Made by a program: the position numbers and the translations under genes. A DNA stretch of 49,375 bases, from the IMG/VR virus record IMGVR_UViG_3300005262_000002. One strand, written 5' to 3'. The notes under the pieces are model-generated. The model ran no database searches and was not told where the DNA came from. It was given only the letters and a program-made list of their open reading frames with translations. Of the stretch, positions 1 to 8,742 are shown in pieces. Source of the stretch: a virus. Each line of letters begins with the position of its first letter. Within the stretch, counting starts at the first letter, position 1.

Positions 1-120
1 CACCGGAGAGGTGGCCGAGTGGTCGAAGGCGCTCCCCTGCTAAGGGAGTTTAACATTTCCCTTCGGGCGCCCCTAACGATTTGTTTATGCTCGGTTTTCC
101 TGTCAAGAATATTTTCTGAA
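1..120. repeat. Terminal direct repeat, copy 1 (identical to 49256-49375)
   Basis: Base-by-base comparison of CACCGGAGAGGTGGCC...AATATTTTCTGAA at both window ends. Confidence 0.97.
5..48 (+). other. tRNA-Ser(GCU)-like 5' half (acceptor 5' strand, D-arm, anticodon arm); candidate att core
   Basis: GGAGAGG-T-GGCCGAGTGGTCGAAGGCG-CTCCC-CTGCTAA-GGGAG. No variable arm or T-arm follows. Confidence 0.7.
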
Positions 121-154
121 TGTGCGCACTGTGTCTCAGGTGTGTCAAAAGCTC

Positions 155-1120
155 TCATTTCTTGCCAAAAACGCGGTCAATAACTTCACGATCCGCGTCC
201 CCTTCCACATAGGTCTCCATCAGCAACCGGCGTGACTTCCAGCCGCCGTGATCTGCTGTCGTCGCCACGTCCACGCCATTGCGTCGGATCATCTCAGTGG
301 CAAACCCATGCCGGCCGATTTCGTGGCTGGTGAGGCGCGAGAGACCAGCTTCCTTGATCACCTTGTCGAACCGCTTCTTGATCGTCGATCGGTTGGCGGC
401 CGCGAATACCAATGTCTCGTGAAGGCTTCGGATGTTCGCCAGATCGATCACCATGGCGCGCGTCAGAAACACCTTGCGCGGCTCGGTCTTCGTCTTCTCC
501 AAGAAAGCTATGCCCAACTGCAGATCGACGTGCTCCCATGTAAGGCGACAAGCCTCAGAGACGCGTGTGGCGGTCTCGAACATGAAGCGGGCAATCGCTG
601 CGGTCTCTGGCATGTCAAGCTTCTTGGCTGCCTTGCAGAAAGCATCCAGCCACGACTTGTTGCCGGCCGGTCTAGCCTTCCGCTCTTCCTTGAACCGCTT
701 GACAGATATCTTCGGCCAGCCTTTGGCGTCGGCTATGTGATTGACGACTGCGCGGGTAGGGGTGATCACCTGCCGGTTCCATGTAGCTGGCTGTGCGCCA
801 GGATACAGCGCCTTGGCGGCTTTCCGGATCTCTGGTCCGGTGATGTCCTTCACCTTCCATTTGCGGAAGTGCTTGATGAGCGGGGCTAGAAACCGCCCAT
901 CCTTGCCGTCGTTCAGGTACTCCGCGACGGCTTCAGGGAACGTTAGGACCGCCTCTTCGCCATGGACAGCGGCACGACGGACGCGTTCTTCGTGTTTGAT
1001 CGCGATGTCTTCCGCGAGCCGCTTGTCAGTCGTGTAAGAAGACGGTCGGTATCGTTTTCCGTCCACCGTGAAATCGTAGTGCCAGTTGTCGCTCCCGGCT
1101 CGCTTGAAGAGGTTCGGCAT
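155..1120 (-). CDS. int: Tyrosine recombinase / phage integrase
   Basis: 321 aa. N-terminal MPNLFKRAGSDNWHYDFTVDGKRYR, HEIGRHGFAT (HxxR) and LMETYVEG (catalytic Tyr). GGAG lies 9 nt upstream. Adjacent to the tRNA-like att. Confidence 0.93.
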   Translation of the reverse strand: MPNLFKRAGSDNWHYDFTVDGKRYRPSSYTTDKRLAEDIAIKHEERVRRAAVHGEEAVLTFPEAVAEYLNDGKDGRFLAPLIKHFRKWKVKDITGPEIRKAAKALYPGAQPATWNRQVITPTRAVVNHIADAKGWPKISVKRFKEERKARPAGNKSWLDAFCKAAKKLDMPETAAIARFMFETATRVSEACRLTWEHVDLQLGIAFLEKTKTEPRKVFLTRAMVIDLANIRSLHETLVFAAANRSTIKKRFDKVIKEAGLSRLTSHEIGRHGFATEMIRRNGVDVATTADHGGWKSRRLLMETYVEGDADREVIDRVFGKK

Positions 1121-1317
1121 TCTTTCGGCTCCGGACGGGCGGAATTGACAATGGTATCGAGATCGGAAGGCAGGAGAAACATGGCTTTGCCGAGAACGCG
1201 GCAGGCGCCTAGAGCCCGCGCACGTTCCCGCAAGGTCCGCTCAGAGATTTGTATGCCCGCCGCTTGGAGCTTGGCAACTGCCATAGCTGGTGAGATGGCT
1301 TCATCGAGAAACGTCAT
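943..1317 (-). CDS. Excisionase-like HTH protein whose ORF runs 178 nt into int
   Basis: N-terminal about 60 aa look like an Xis/MerR-type HTH (ISPAMAVAKLQAAGIQISERTLRERARALG...FLLPSDLDTIV). The tail is the alternative frame of the int N-terminus. Confidence 0.55.
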   Translation of the reverse strand: MTFLDEAISPAMAVAKLQAAGIQISERTLRERARALGACRVLGKAMFLLPSDLDTIVNSARPEPKECRTSSSEPGATTGTTISRWTENDTDRLLTRLTSGSRKTSRSNTKNASVVPLSMAKRRS

Positions 1318-1754
1318 GCCGCGCTTCTCCCGCGTCCGTACGAATTCGACCAGTCGAGCAGAACGCGCTCTATGTCTTCGGCGGAAAGAACCGGCGAACC
1401 GGCGGTAGATTCTATGTCAAAATCTTCGAAGCATTCGCAGAGCTGGTCTACCTCCTTCCCCTTGAACCATTCGTGAGAATGTCGATACGGGGCAAGGAAG
1501 GTATGGATTACCTTCTCGGCCTCGACCGGCGCTTGGAATGAGAACATATGGGACAATCGCGTACCCATAATGCTGCTCAGTTCCCGGCATCGTCTTTTCG
1601 GGTCGTCTGACTTACCTATCTTGAACAGGCCGGTGGCCTCGTTCCAGAAGAAATATATCCAGGCGACCTTTCCACCATGGTGCTGTATTTGCATCGTGCG
1701 AAAGTCCGCGTGCTTCACGAGCGCTGCTCTGGTCATCGTCCGTCGATCCTCCAT
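1314..1754 (-). CDS. T5orf172 / GIY-YIG-superfamily domain protein
   Basis: IYFFWNEATGLFKIGKSDDPKRRCRELS is the typical T5orf172 core. Confidence 0.6.
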   Translation of the reverse strand: MEDRRTMTRAALVKHADFRTMQIQHHGGKVAWIYFFWNEATGLFKIGKSDDPKRRCRELSSIMGTRLSHMFSFQAPVEAEKVIHTFLAPYRHSHEWFKGKEVDQLCECFEDFDIESTAGSPVLSAEDIERVLLDWSNSYGRGRSAA

Positions 1755-2125
1755 TGATTGATAACCGCCGTCGCGAACGGCGCGGCATCGTCGCCCATGT
1801 CCGAGAATAGGCCCCAGATGACGAGGCAGAGCGTGTGCGGATCGCGGCCGTGCCAGAAGGTGTGCTCACCGATCTGGTGTTGCCGGTGGTGCTCTTCCTG
1901 GCAGATCGGGAGTGCCCAGCGGTCCGGAGCCTTACGACCTTTGCCCCGGCCATAGTGGCCATGCTGTGGGGAAGCCATGGACAGGTGCGCAGCTTCGACA
2001 CCATACCGGCCCGTCAGAACGCATGGGAGATCGCGGAGAAAAGACAGGTAATCCTTGCTCTTGGCAGGCTTCTTCTTGGGGAAGGGATCGGGTGCGATGC
2101 TCGCAGCAATACGGAAGGCGCTCAT
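1733..2125 (-). CDS. HNH-type zinc-finger nuclease-like protein (DUF968/Ref-like)
   Basis: LPCVLTG...EAAHL...RKAPDRWALPICQEEHHRQHQIGEHTFW. AAGGAGG RBS upstream. Confidence 0.5.
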   Translation of the reverse strand: MSAFRIAASIAPDPFPKKKPAKSKDYLSFLRDLPCVLTGRYGVEAAHLSMASPQHGHYGRGKGRKAPDRWALPICQEEHHRQHQIGEHTFWHGRDPHTLCLVIWGLFSDMGDDAAPFATAVINQWRIDGR

Positions 2126-2168
2126 TCGGACGCCTCCTTACGGTATTCGGAGAGTGCGCGGCGGGCCG

Positions 2169-2336
2169 TTAGGACGCATGCCATCGGCTCGGCGCATCTT
2201 CCCCGCCACAGATCGCAAGCGCTAGCTGATAGCGCTCCACTTCCGCCTTCTCGGCTCTGGAGCGTAGGGATTCGTCATACCCGCAGGTGCAGGTGTAGTT
2301 TCGGCCGTCGCAGCCTCGTGCGTGGTCGGTCTGCAT
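2169..2336 (-). CDS. Small Cys-rich hypothetical protein (55 aa; not in the supplied ORF track)
   Basis: ATG overlaps the upstream stop (TAATG). Translation by hand: MQTDHARGCDGRNYTCTCGYDESLRSRAEKAEVERYQLALAICGGEDAPSRWHAS. Confidence 0.4.
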   Translation of the reverse strand: MQTDHARGCDGRNYTCTCGYDESLRSRAEKAEVERYQLALAICGGEDAPSRWHAS

Positions 2337-2551
2337 TAGGCCCTCCCGCTTCTAGACAGTTGATCATGACGGTGTTGTGCGGCTTCCTTCGCCTCTTTGA
2401 GGGTTAGAAATTTCATGGACGGGAAGACGTGCGTTCCTCGAAGTTCGAAATAGGATACGGGCGCCTCTACAAACTCGATTGAGTAATGGCAGCCCTTAGA
2501 CGGGCGCGCGACGTGATAGGGGACTTCACCCCTCCAGTTTAGCGGGCTCAT
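2336..2551 (-). CDS. Hypothetical protein (71 aa)
   Basis: Internal start MSPLNWRG, preceded by GGAGGGG. The longer 102-aa ORF would overlap the upstream gene. Confidence 0.55.
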   Translation of the reverse strand: MSPLNWRGEVPYHVARPSKGCHYSIEFVEAPVSYFELRGTHVFPSMKFLTLKEAKEAAQHRHDQLSRSGRA

Positions 2552-2553
2552 CT

Positions 2554-3267
2554 TCACCCCTCCTGCGTAGAGTGAAGGGCTGGAGCAGGAGGCAGAGGCA
2601 TCCAGTGGGTGGCCACGAAACCGTAGTTGCCGCCGTCGGTCCAACCGCTATCGTAAGATTTCGTCTTGCGGTTATAGGCTGCGGCACCCCACCAAGCGAT
2701 CTTCAAGCCGTACTGATGGGAGATGAGGATTCTCGAACCATCCTTCGGAGCCGTCTCGATCGGCTTCCAGACATCCCTCACGGCTGCTGACTGTGGTCGG
2801 GCGTAGAGACCTTGCCAAATCTCGTCATCTTCCTTGTAGCGCGGCTCTTTCGTGAAGTAGTTCCAGAAATCTTCGGACCATTCCTTGTGACGGTATCTCC
2901 ACGCCACCGGAGCCTCATCGTCTCCTGACGTGCCGCTGATGCCCCATTCCTGATCGCGTCCGGTCTTGGTTGCATCGTCAAGTAGGTTGAGCGTCTCGAA
3001 GCGATCAACGATGCGCTGGATCATTTCAGCAGGGCCGGGAGTGTGCCGGTCAGGATCGTGATCAGTGCAATAACGGTATTCGCCATCGCCGCCGGTCAAC
3101 TGGTCGATCTGCTGGACGGCTTCAGAATAGCCGTCGTCTGCCGCATCTGGGTATCCATTTAGCCACCAGTATGCATCTGCAGCTTCAACCTTCATCCGAT
3201 TGTAGGCACGCTGCTCTTTGAAGACCGATGGGCAGAGCTTTTCTGCAAGCCATTCTCTGATGCTCAT
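2554..3267 (-). CDS. DUF551-like C-terminal domain protein
   Basis: C-terminus WKPIETAPKDGSRILISH...ATHWMPLPPAP matches the DUF551 pattern. Confidence 0.55.
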   Translation of the reverse strand: MSIREWLAEKLCPSVFKEQRAYNRMKVEAADAYWWLNGYPDAADDGYSEAVQQIDQLTGGDGEYRYCTDHDPDRHTPGPAEMIQRIVDRFETLNLLDDATKTGRDQEWGISGTSGDDEAPVAWRYRHKEWSEDFWNYFTKEPRYKEDDEIWQGLYARPQSAAVRDVWKPIETAPKDGSRILISHQYGLKIAWWGAAAYNRKTKSYDSGWTDGGNYGFVATHWMPLPPAPALHSTQEG

Positions 3268-4043
3268 TCTCCGCCCTCCTTTGCGGTGAGGGCGGCGCGG
3301 TAGGCGTCTATGGCGCGTTTAAGCGTAGCGTCGCTGATGTAAACGCCTTCATGACCTAGCGCCTTACAAGCAGCCACGATCCCCTTCTCATGCGCCCCGC
3401 CTTCCGTTGCGTTGTCTTCCACGATCTGCGTGTTTTGGGAGACAACCGGATTTGAGTGGTTAACTTGGTGGGCAACGCCTTCCGTTGCCTCTGGCTTTGG
3501 TTCGGCTGCGAGGCAGTATTGCTGCCATAGATCGTTGATCAGCTTGCTGACTTCATCGAATGGGGTGTTTTCTGTGATGTTAAAGCATCGCATTTCAAGA
3601 TCCCATTCAGCTTCGGTTTCCCAACCTACCGGCTCTGGCTTTGGAGGATGGGCGTAGAGCGGGACCATAGCGAAACCTTTCGGAACAACCTTGCCGAAAA
3701 GATCGATGCACGACACTCCAAGCCGTAGCTGCGCAAGCTCGACCTCAGTCACGTATCCGACCGGCTCTGCCTCTAGCTTTGGAGTGGGGAGGAGTGTGCT
3801 GAGGATGCGGGACTCGTAGTCGTCTTGGGCGGCGGCCTTGGCTTCGTCGCATGTTGGGAGAAAACCAGACCAAACGTTCTGTCGGGGCTGCTTCCATCCA
3901 TATCCATGCTCACCGGCTGGCGAAATTGCATACCGTCCAAATGGGCAATCGGCGCAGACCTCGTAAGCGGGTTGGTCGTTTCGGTACGACCAGACAAGAG
4001 CCTTCACGCTCACCGTACCGTTTGGGAAGTTGCCGTTGCTCAT
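3264..4043 (-). CDS. Hypothetical early protein (259 aa)
   Basis: Long ORF with ATGA-type coupling to its neighbours. Confidence 0.6.
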   Translation of the reverse strand: MSNGNFPNGTVSVKALVWSYRNDQPAYEVCADCPFGRYAISPAGEHGYGWKQPRQNVWSGFLPTCDEAKAAAQDDYESRILSTLLPTPKLEAEPVGYVTEVELAQLRLGVSCIDLFGKVVPKGFAMVPLYAHPPKPEPVGWETEAEWDLEMRCFNITENTPFDEVSKLINDLWQQYCLAAEPKPEATEGVAHQVNHSNPVVSQNTQIVEDNATEGGAHEKGIVAACKALGHEGVYISDATLKRAIDAYRAALTAKEGGE

Positions 4044-4300
4044 GGCTGTGCCTCCGCCTTAATCTCGGAAGCCAGATCCATGATCACCTTCGCGATCTCG
4101 AAAGGGTCCTCTAGCTTCTTGCGGTAGACCGCGCTGTAGGCGCCAGAGCACATGCCTACGGCTGCTGTCATCGCATGGAGGGTGATGAGAAACTGAGTTT
4201 CCTTGGTGTCTGCGAGTTGCAAAACAGAAACTCGGTGGCCTGCCAACCCGCAAAGGTCACGCTCAAGCGCGCCATATGGCATTGTTTTCGGTTTGCTCAT
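4040..4300 (-). CDS. Hypothetical protein (86 aa)
   Basis: Translationally coupled within the leftward operon. Confidence 0.5.
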   Translation of the reverse strand: MSKPKTMPYGALERDLCGLAGHRVSVLQLADTKETQFLITLHAMTAAVGMCSGAYSAVYRKKLEDPFEIAKVIMDLASEIKAEAQP

Positions 4301-4713
4301 GATTGCGGCTGTCCTTCGTTTATCCGGTAGAGGGGGCGAGCGGGAAGGGAGGGCTTCTCGACACGGCGGGCGGATTTCTCGGACTTCGGGAAGCCAGCGG
4401 ACTTGATGGTCTGCTTGGGCCGCTTCATGCCGAGGAACCGCTCCTCGTTGCGCTTGGCCTTGGAAATCGTCCCCTGATCGGTCTTTGTCTTCGGCTTATG
4501 GCAGCACTCGACACCGAGGAGCTTTCCGTCGTCGGCCGTCAGCTTCCGGGACTTATCGACCTGGAGCGCATCCGGGACCGTGTGGTCTATGTGATAGACC
4601 TTCTTGCCGAGGATGAGGCCGCAGCCTTCGCAGGCGATCTCTCCGCTTTCCAGCATGGCGCGCTTGACGATCTGGGCGTAGACGGCCTTGGTGAATTCAC
4701 GACGCTTGCTCAT
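4297..4713 (-). CDS. HNH endonuclease
   Basis: CEGCG...HIDHTVP...GVECCHKPKTKTD. Confidence 0.8.
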   Translation of the reverse strand: MSKRREFTKAVYAQIVKRAMLESGEIACEGCGLILGKKVYHIDHTVPDALQVDKSRKLTADDGKLLGVECCHKPKTKTDQGTISKAKRNEERFLGMKRPKQTIKSAGFPKSEKSARRVEKPSLPARPLYRINEGQPQS

Positions 4714-5468
4714 GCTGCCCTCCCGATCTCGTCTTGATCACAGCCGACTACACCGGCGACCATCGCCAGCCCGTCAGCCTTCGACATTTCCTTGAGGACT
4801 ACCTGCGTGCAGTAGCCAAACACGCCGTTGGCCTTGGCTCTGCAGCCTTCATCTGCTGGCACCTCGTAGGAGGTCATTGCAGCGGCTTTCTGCGCTTTCA
4901 GGACGCCGATATCGCCTCCGAAGTTAGTCGCAGCCCACAGCATCTTGCTGACGGCTACGAGCCAACCATGAGGCGTGAGGGAGCCAGCCGAGGGGGAGGA
5001 GGAGGCCTCGGCTGGCTCTTGCGGAGAAGGTTGGGCGGCTTCTTCCGCATCATCCGGCTCGGGAGAGGAACCGGAATCGGTGTCTTTTGGATTGTGAAGG
5101 ATCACACCGCGCTCGGCGGCTTCCTTGATGATGAACTCGATGAAATCGGTCATCTCCTGCTTCGATAGGTCGGAGGATGACATCTCGATCGGCAGGAAGG
5201 TCTTGCCGTCCAGGCTGGGCAGGAAGCTAACCTCGCGCCCAAAGGCATGAAGGAATATCGCTTTCCACTGGCTCGGCTCGTACTTGATGCCGTTGTGGCT
5301 GTACTGCTGGGCGAACTCGGTGAGGAGCGCCCATAGCAGATCATTTTGCGGCAAGGTCCGCTTGGACGCTTTGAACTCAACGCGCGTCCCGACAGGAGCT
5401 TTGCCGATCCAGTTGACCGCTTTATTGCGGTCATCCGTGGTTTCGAGGATCAAGAGCGCTCTTCCCAA
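4710..5468 (-). CDS. ninB: NinB/Orf-family recombination mediator with an acidic C-terminal extension
   Basis: RTLPQNDLLWALLTEF...SQWKAIFLHAF resembles lambda NinB (RSLDQNRKLWACL...WKCVF). Confidence 0.7.
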   Translation of the reverse strand: MGRALLILETTDDRNKAVNWIGKAPVGTRVEFKASKRTLPQNDLLWALLTEFAQQYSHNGIKYEPSQWKAIFLHAFGREVSFLPSLDGKTFLPIEMSSSDLSKQEMTDFIEFIIKEAAERGVILHNPKDTDSGSSPEPDDAEEAAQPSPQEPAEASSSPSAGSLTPHGWLVAVSKMLWAATNFGGDIGVLKAQKAAAMTSYEVPADEGCRAKANGVFGYCTQVVLKEMSKADGLAMVAGVVGCDQDEIGRAA

Positions 5469-5469
5469 A

Positions 5470-6438
5470 TCAGCCTCCGTTCACCGGATGGATTTGAGCA
5501 AGCCGGCGCTGCTTGATCTTGTGGGCGATCTCGAGGTTCACGTCGTCGCCGTCAAACGTTCCTTCCGGATCGAGAACAGACCAGATTTCCTCGATGGTCG
5601 CCTCGTCCATTGCGACAGACATGGCCTCTTCCAGTTCGCCAAAGAACTCGGCGGTGTCTATTGGCTCTTCCGCTGCTGGAGCCTCGTCTGTGGCTTCCAG
5701 CGTGACGTCGACCACTTCCGCGTCCTCAACAGGAGGCGCCGGCGGGACCGGAGGAACTGGAGGCGTGTGATTGTGCGGCGTGACGTCGCGCATGTCCTCA
5801 GCGTCGGCGATCTCGCGAGCTTCGAACTCGTCACGGATACCGCCGAGTACGTCGCCGAACAGTTCGCGCAGGCAGTAGCCAGCGGCACGCCAAGCAAGCA
5901 TTCGCTGCGGGAAACGCCACCATGGGCTATCGTTCGGCTTCTGCTCGTTCTTCTTGTCCCACTTGTTCCACTTCGTGACGACGGCTTCCGTCTGCCATAG
6001 ACCGGCTCGGACGGCGTCTTCCTGTGAGAACTCGACGCGCTTGTCTTCATCTGTGTCGTTGCGCTTGGCCTCACACCATCCGACCATCTGGCCATCGCGA
6101 GTTTCGCAGCCGGTACGCAGGTATGAGACTTTGCCCGACTGGCGAACGACGTTGATCAGGCCATCACCATAGAGGGCAGGCTTTCCGTTGATGACTGTAA
6201 AGCTGCGGAGCGCCACCATCGGCTTGAGCCCGAGCTCGGCGCCCGACATGATAGCGACGGTAACGGCTGAGATAGCCGCATCGCCTTCCAGCTTTCCGAT
6301 GAGAGCCGATGGCGCGAGACCGCCTAGGTAGACAGCTTTCGCAACACGGAAGGTCTCTTCGAAGGTCTGCGGCACGATAGCCATGACGTGACCGCCACCG
6401 GCCAGCGCCGGCATGTTGGTTTTAACGGGAGCGTTCAT
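5470..6438 (-). CDS. recT: RecT-family single-strand annealing protein
   Basis: GAELGLKPMVALRSFTVINGKPALYGDGLINVV...PQRMLAWRAAGYCLRELF. Confidence 0.85.
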   Translation of the reverse strand: MNAPVKTNMPALAGGGHVMAIVPQTFEETFRVAKAVYLGGLAPSALIGKLEGDAAISAVTVAIMSGAELGLKPMVALRSFTVINGKPALYGDGLINVVRQSGKVSYLRTGCETRDGQMVGWCEAKRNDTDEDKRVEFSQEDAVRAGLWQTEAVVTKWNKWDKKNEQKPNDSPWWRFPQRMLAWRAAGYCLRELFGDVLGGIRDEFEAREIADAEDMRDVTPHNHTPPVPPVPPAPPVEDAEVVDVTLEATDEAPAAEEPIDTAEFFGELEEAMSVAMDEATIEEIWSVLDPEGTFDGDDVNLEIAHKIKQRRLAQIHPVNGG

Positions 6439-7451
6439 CGTACGGCTGCTTTCTCTTCAACGGTGATGCCTGGGATGTTCGTGCGGCCAGCGTCCAAAGC
6501 GCGTTGCGCGAGCTGGCGGAGGAGCGTCTGCACTTCTTCGCGACCGGCCATGTAGGCGTAGAGCGCCGCGTAGTCGGTGACATCGGCCACGATCTTCTTG
6601 ACCTGAACCGACGCGGATTTGCCGTAGGTCGCCTTGATTGCCGTAGGAGCGGCTTCTGCAACGGTCTCGGTCTTCGGCGCGTCGATGACAGCCGTTTCGC
6701 CCTGTTGCTCGCGAGCGGCCTTCTCCGAGGCAAGGCGAGCCTGTTCGGCTTCCCACTCCCGCTTACGCTGCTCCTGGAGCTTCTGCGTCTCCCATGAGCC
6801 GATGGCATCGCGCACCTTGTCGGCGCCTGCCTTCGCGGATTTCACAAGCGGCTGCCACTTGGCGTCCACCGCCTTGCCACCTTCAAGGAACGGCTCTTTC
6901 TCCTTCGTGCGTATCTTGTCGGCCTGGCCTGAAAGCTCGTTCAGACGATTGCGAAGCGATAGAGCCTTAGCCGCGGTCGCGTCGTCAGCGATCTTGGAAT
7001 AGGCGTCCATGCCGGCGAGAGCTGCGGCGATCTGATCCTTGAGAGCTTCCGCTTCGTCGACCGTGGCCGAGTTGTCGCCAATAGAAGGCGCCGGAGCGGT
7101 CACCTGTGCAGCGACAGTCTTGTCGTCGTCCGGCCAGCCTTTGCCTTCCAGAGCGTCGTTGTAGGCCTGATACGAGACAGGGTTGCGGCATGCGAAGGTC
7201 CAGATCTCATCCGGACGAACCTCGCGACCATTGCGATACGCGACGAGCTCCTTCGATCCTTCCGGGTAGAAGATCGCCACCGGCTGCCAGGGCGAGTCCT
7301 TGAAGCGCGTGCGGTAATAGCCCTGCTGCGGCTCGTTCTCGTGAACCGGAAGCGTCTTGCCGATCGCTGCGGGGTTCTTGAGTGCTGCCTGCCACCAGCC
7401 CCACGGGCCGACGATTTTGAGCGCAAGCGCGCCGATAGACTGAGCGGTCAT
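6435..7451 (-). CDS. Hypothetical coiled-coil protein of the recombination module (338 aa)
   Basis: Start MTAQSIG overlaps the upstream stop (TAATG). Central KEKEPFLEGGKAVDAKWQPLV followed by a coiled coil. The longer 400-aa ORF start is rejected. Confidence 0.6.
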   Translation of the reverse strand: MTAQSIGALALKIVGPWGWWQAALKNPAAIGKTLPVHENEPQQGYYRTRFKDSPWQPVAIFYPEGSKELVAYRNGREVRPDEIWTFACRNPVSYQAYNDALEGKGWPDDDKTVAAQVTAPAPSIGDNSATVDEAEALKDQIAAALAGMDAYSKIADDATAAKALSLRNRLNELSGQADKIRTKEKEPFLEGGKAVDAKWQPLVKSAKAGADKVRDAIGSWETQKLQEQRKREWEAEQARLASEKAAREQQGETAVIDAPKTETVAEAAPTAIKATYGKSASVQVKKIVADVTDYAALYAYMAGREEVQTLLRQLAQRALDAGRTNIPGITVEEKAAVR

Positions 7452-7666
7452 TAGATCCTCGCTTGAAGTTGAAATTCGCGTTCCTGGACGGTCAGCGCGT
7501 GATAGGTCTGCCCCGTAATCAGCGCGATCACGATGCAGAAGACCCACAGGACGAGCATGTCTTGGTTGGTCGGGCGGATCGGCGGGAGAGCGATGGCCTT
7601 GGGCTGCTGGTCGCAGGTTCCCGGCTTGCAGGCGCATTCGTTATGGGTGCGGAGGTCACAGCGCAT
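7451..7666 (-). CDS. Small membrane protein (71 aa) with a Cys-rich N-terminus
   Basis: MRCDLRTHNECACKPGTCDQ followed by a TM segment MLVLWVFCIVIALITG. Confidence 0.45.
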   Translation of the reverse strand: MRCDLRTHNECACKPGTCDQQPKAIALPPIRPTNQDMLVLWVFCIVIALITGQTYHALTVQEREFQLQARI

Positions 7667-7865
7667 CGGCCATCTCCTCGATCTGCTCGTCGATATCGGC
7701 CTTGGCAGCTTCCAGAGAAGCAGAGCAGCCGCAGCGACGGTCATTGCCATCAGGAGCGCCGTCGAAGTCGTCGTGATACCAGTCCCAATCGACACCCATA
7801 GAGGCCGGGACAGGCTTGGGGTTGAAGCGGATCCAGTAGCCGCGGTGAGGAATGCGATCGCTCAT
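7656..7865 (-). CDS. Hypothetical protein (69 aa)
   Basis: Protein-like composition. Coupled to its neighbours. Confidence 0.5.
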   Translation of the reverse strand: MSDRIPHRGYWIRFNPKPVPASMGVDWDWYHDDFDGAPDGNDRRCGCSASLEAAKADIDEQIEEMADAL

Positions 7866-8263
7866 TGTGCAGCCCTCTGATCCGTCAGGATGTTGTCCGA
7901 GAGCTTCTTCATTGTCGCTTGAAGCGGGTTGACGAACTCGACGTCGATACCGTTCGCGCGGCCAAGCTCGATCGCAGCAGCGAGAGACTTTACGAAGTCC
8001 TTTATCCGCTTTTCTTCTGGAGACGGGAGAGCGTCGATCCAGCGCTCGGCGTCATCGAACCTTTCGGAAAGCGTATCGCCGGCGCCGTAATAGATCACGT
8101 CCTTGACGTAAGCACTCGACTTCGTCTCGTAGAGCATGACGTGAGGCTCTTCATTGGCGCTCCACACGATCGTAACGTCTGGTCGGACGATGGCCTTCGT
8201 CAGCATTTTCACGACGAGGGCCGAAAGCTTCGCGTTGATTTCCTTGATGTCCATCGCCATCAC
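7862..8263 (-). CDS. Hypothetical protein (133 aa)
   Basis: Second gene of the leftward operon. Confidence 0.6.
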   Translation of the reverse strand: MMAMDIKEINAKLSALVVKMLTKAIVRPDVTIVWSANEEPHVMLYETKSSAYVKDVIYYGAGDTLSERFDDAERWIDALPSPEEKRIKDFVKSLAAAIELGRANGIDVEFVNPLQATMKKLSDNILTDQRAAQ

Positions 8264-8658
8264 TCCCCAGCCGGCCGCAGAAGGCGCTCAAGACGAGCGA
8301 CCGAGCTATGCCCGCCGAAGTAGGCGAGATCATCGATCCGAGCGTCACGGGCGAGATCCGGGTCCGGCTGCTTCGACTGCTCCAGCTCGTCAGCCCATTC
8401 CTGAGCGCAGTGACGGCCGTCGACGGTCTTGTCGTCGTAGAGCACGGCCATGATCTGCATGCACAGGAGCTGCCGGAAGCTGTTGTCTCCGGTCTTGCTC
8501 GGCATCGGCAGGGTGAACTTGCCGTCCAGAACGATAGACGTGATCACGAACTCGCCGTCGCCGTTATCTTCCAGCGTGGCCCGACCGTAGAGAAGGCAGC
8601 CCTCGCAGAGGCCGGGGAGCTTTAGCTCGTCGAAGAGATATTCCGTTTGAAATGCCAT
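8260..8658 (-). CDS. Hypothetical protein (132 aa), first gene of the leftward early operon
   Basis: GAGGAG RBS upstream of the ATG at 8658. Confidence 0.6.
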   Translation of the reverse strand: MAFQTEYLFDELKLPGLCEGCLLYGRATLEDNGDGEFVITSIVLDGKFTLPMPSKTGDNSFRQLLCMQIMAVLYDDKTVDGRHCAQEWADELEQSKQPDPDLARDARIDDLAYFGGHSSVARLERLLRPAGE

Positions 8659-8742
8659 TGCCCAAACTCCTCATTCGAGCCGATCCCGTTTCTCGCGTCC
8701 CGTTTGGGAGGTCATTCGTGATCGGCTGATGAGAAGAACGTA

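Noticed and set aside
5-120. A possible complete tRNA-Ser gene at the window start
   Set aside because: Only the acceptor 5' strand, D-arm and anticodon arm are present. The downstream sequence has a short CCC-TTC-GGG hairpin but no T-arm (no GTTCGAATC-like loop) and no acceptor 3' strand.
1835-2407. 190-aa plus-strand ORF
   Set aside because: It is antisense to the tightly packed leftward operon. It is Arg/Ser-rich and non-protein-like, with no RBS.
6435-7637. 400-aa version of the ORF upstream of recT
   Set aside because: The first 62 codons overlap the upstream genes and read as Arg/Pro-rich junk. The internal start MTAQSIG at 7451 forms a TAATG junction with the preceding gene.
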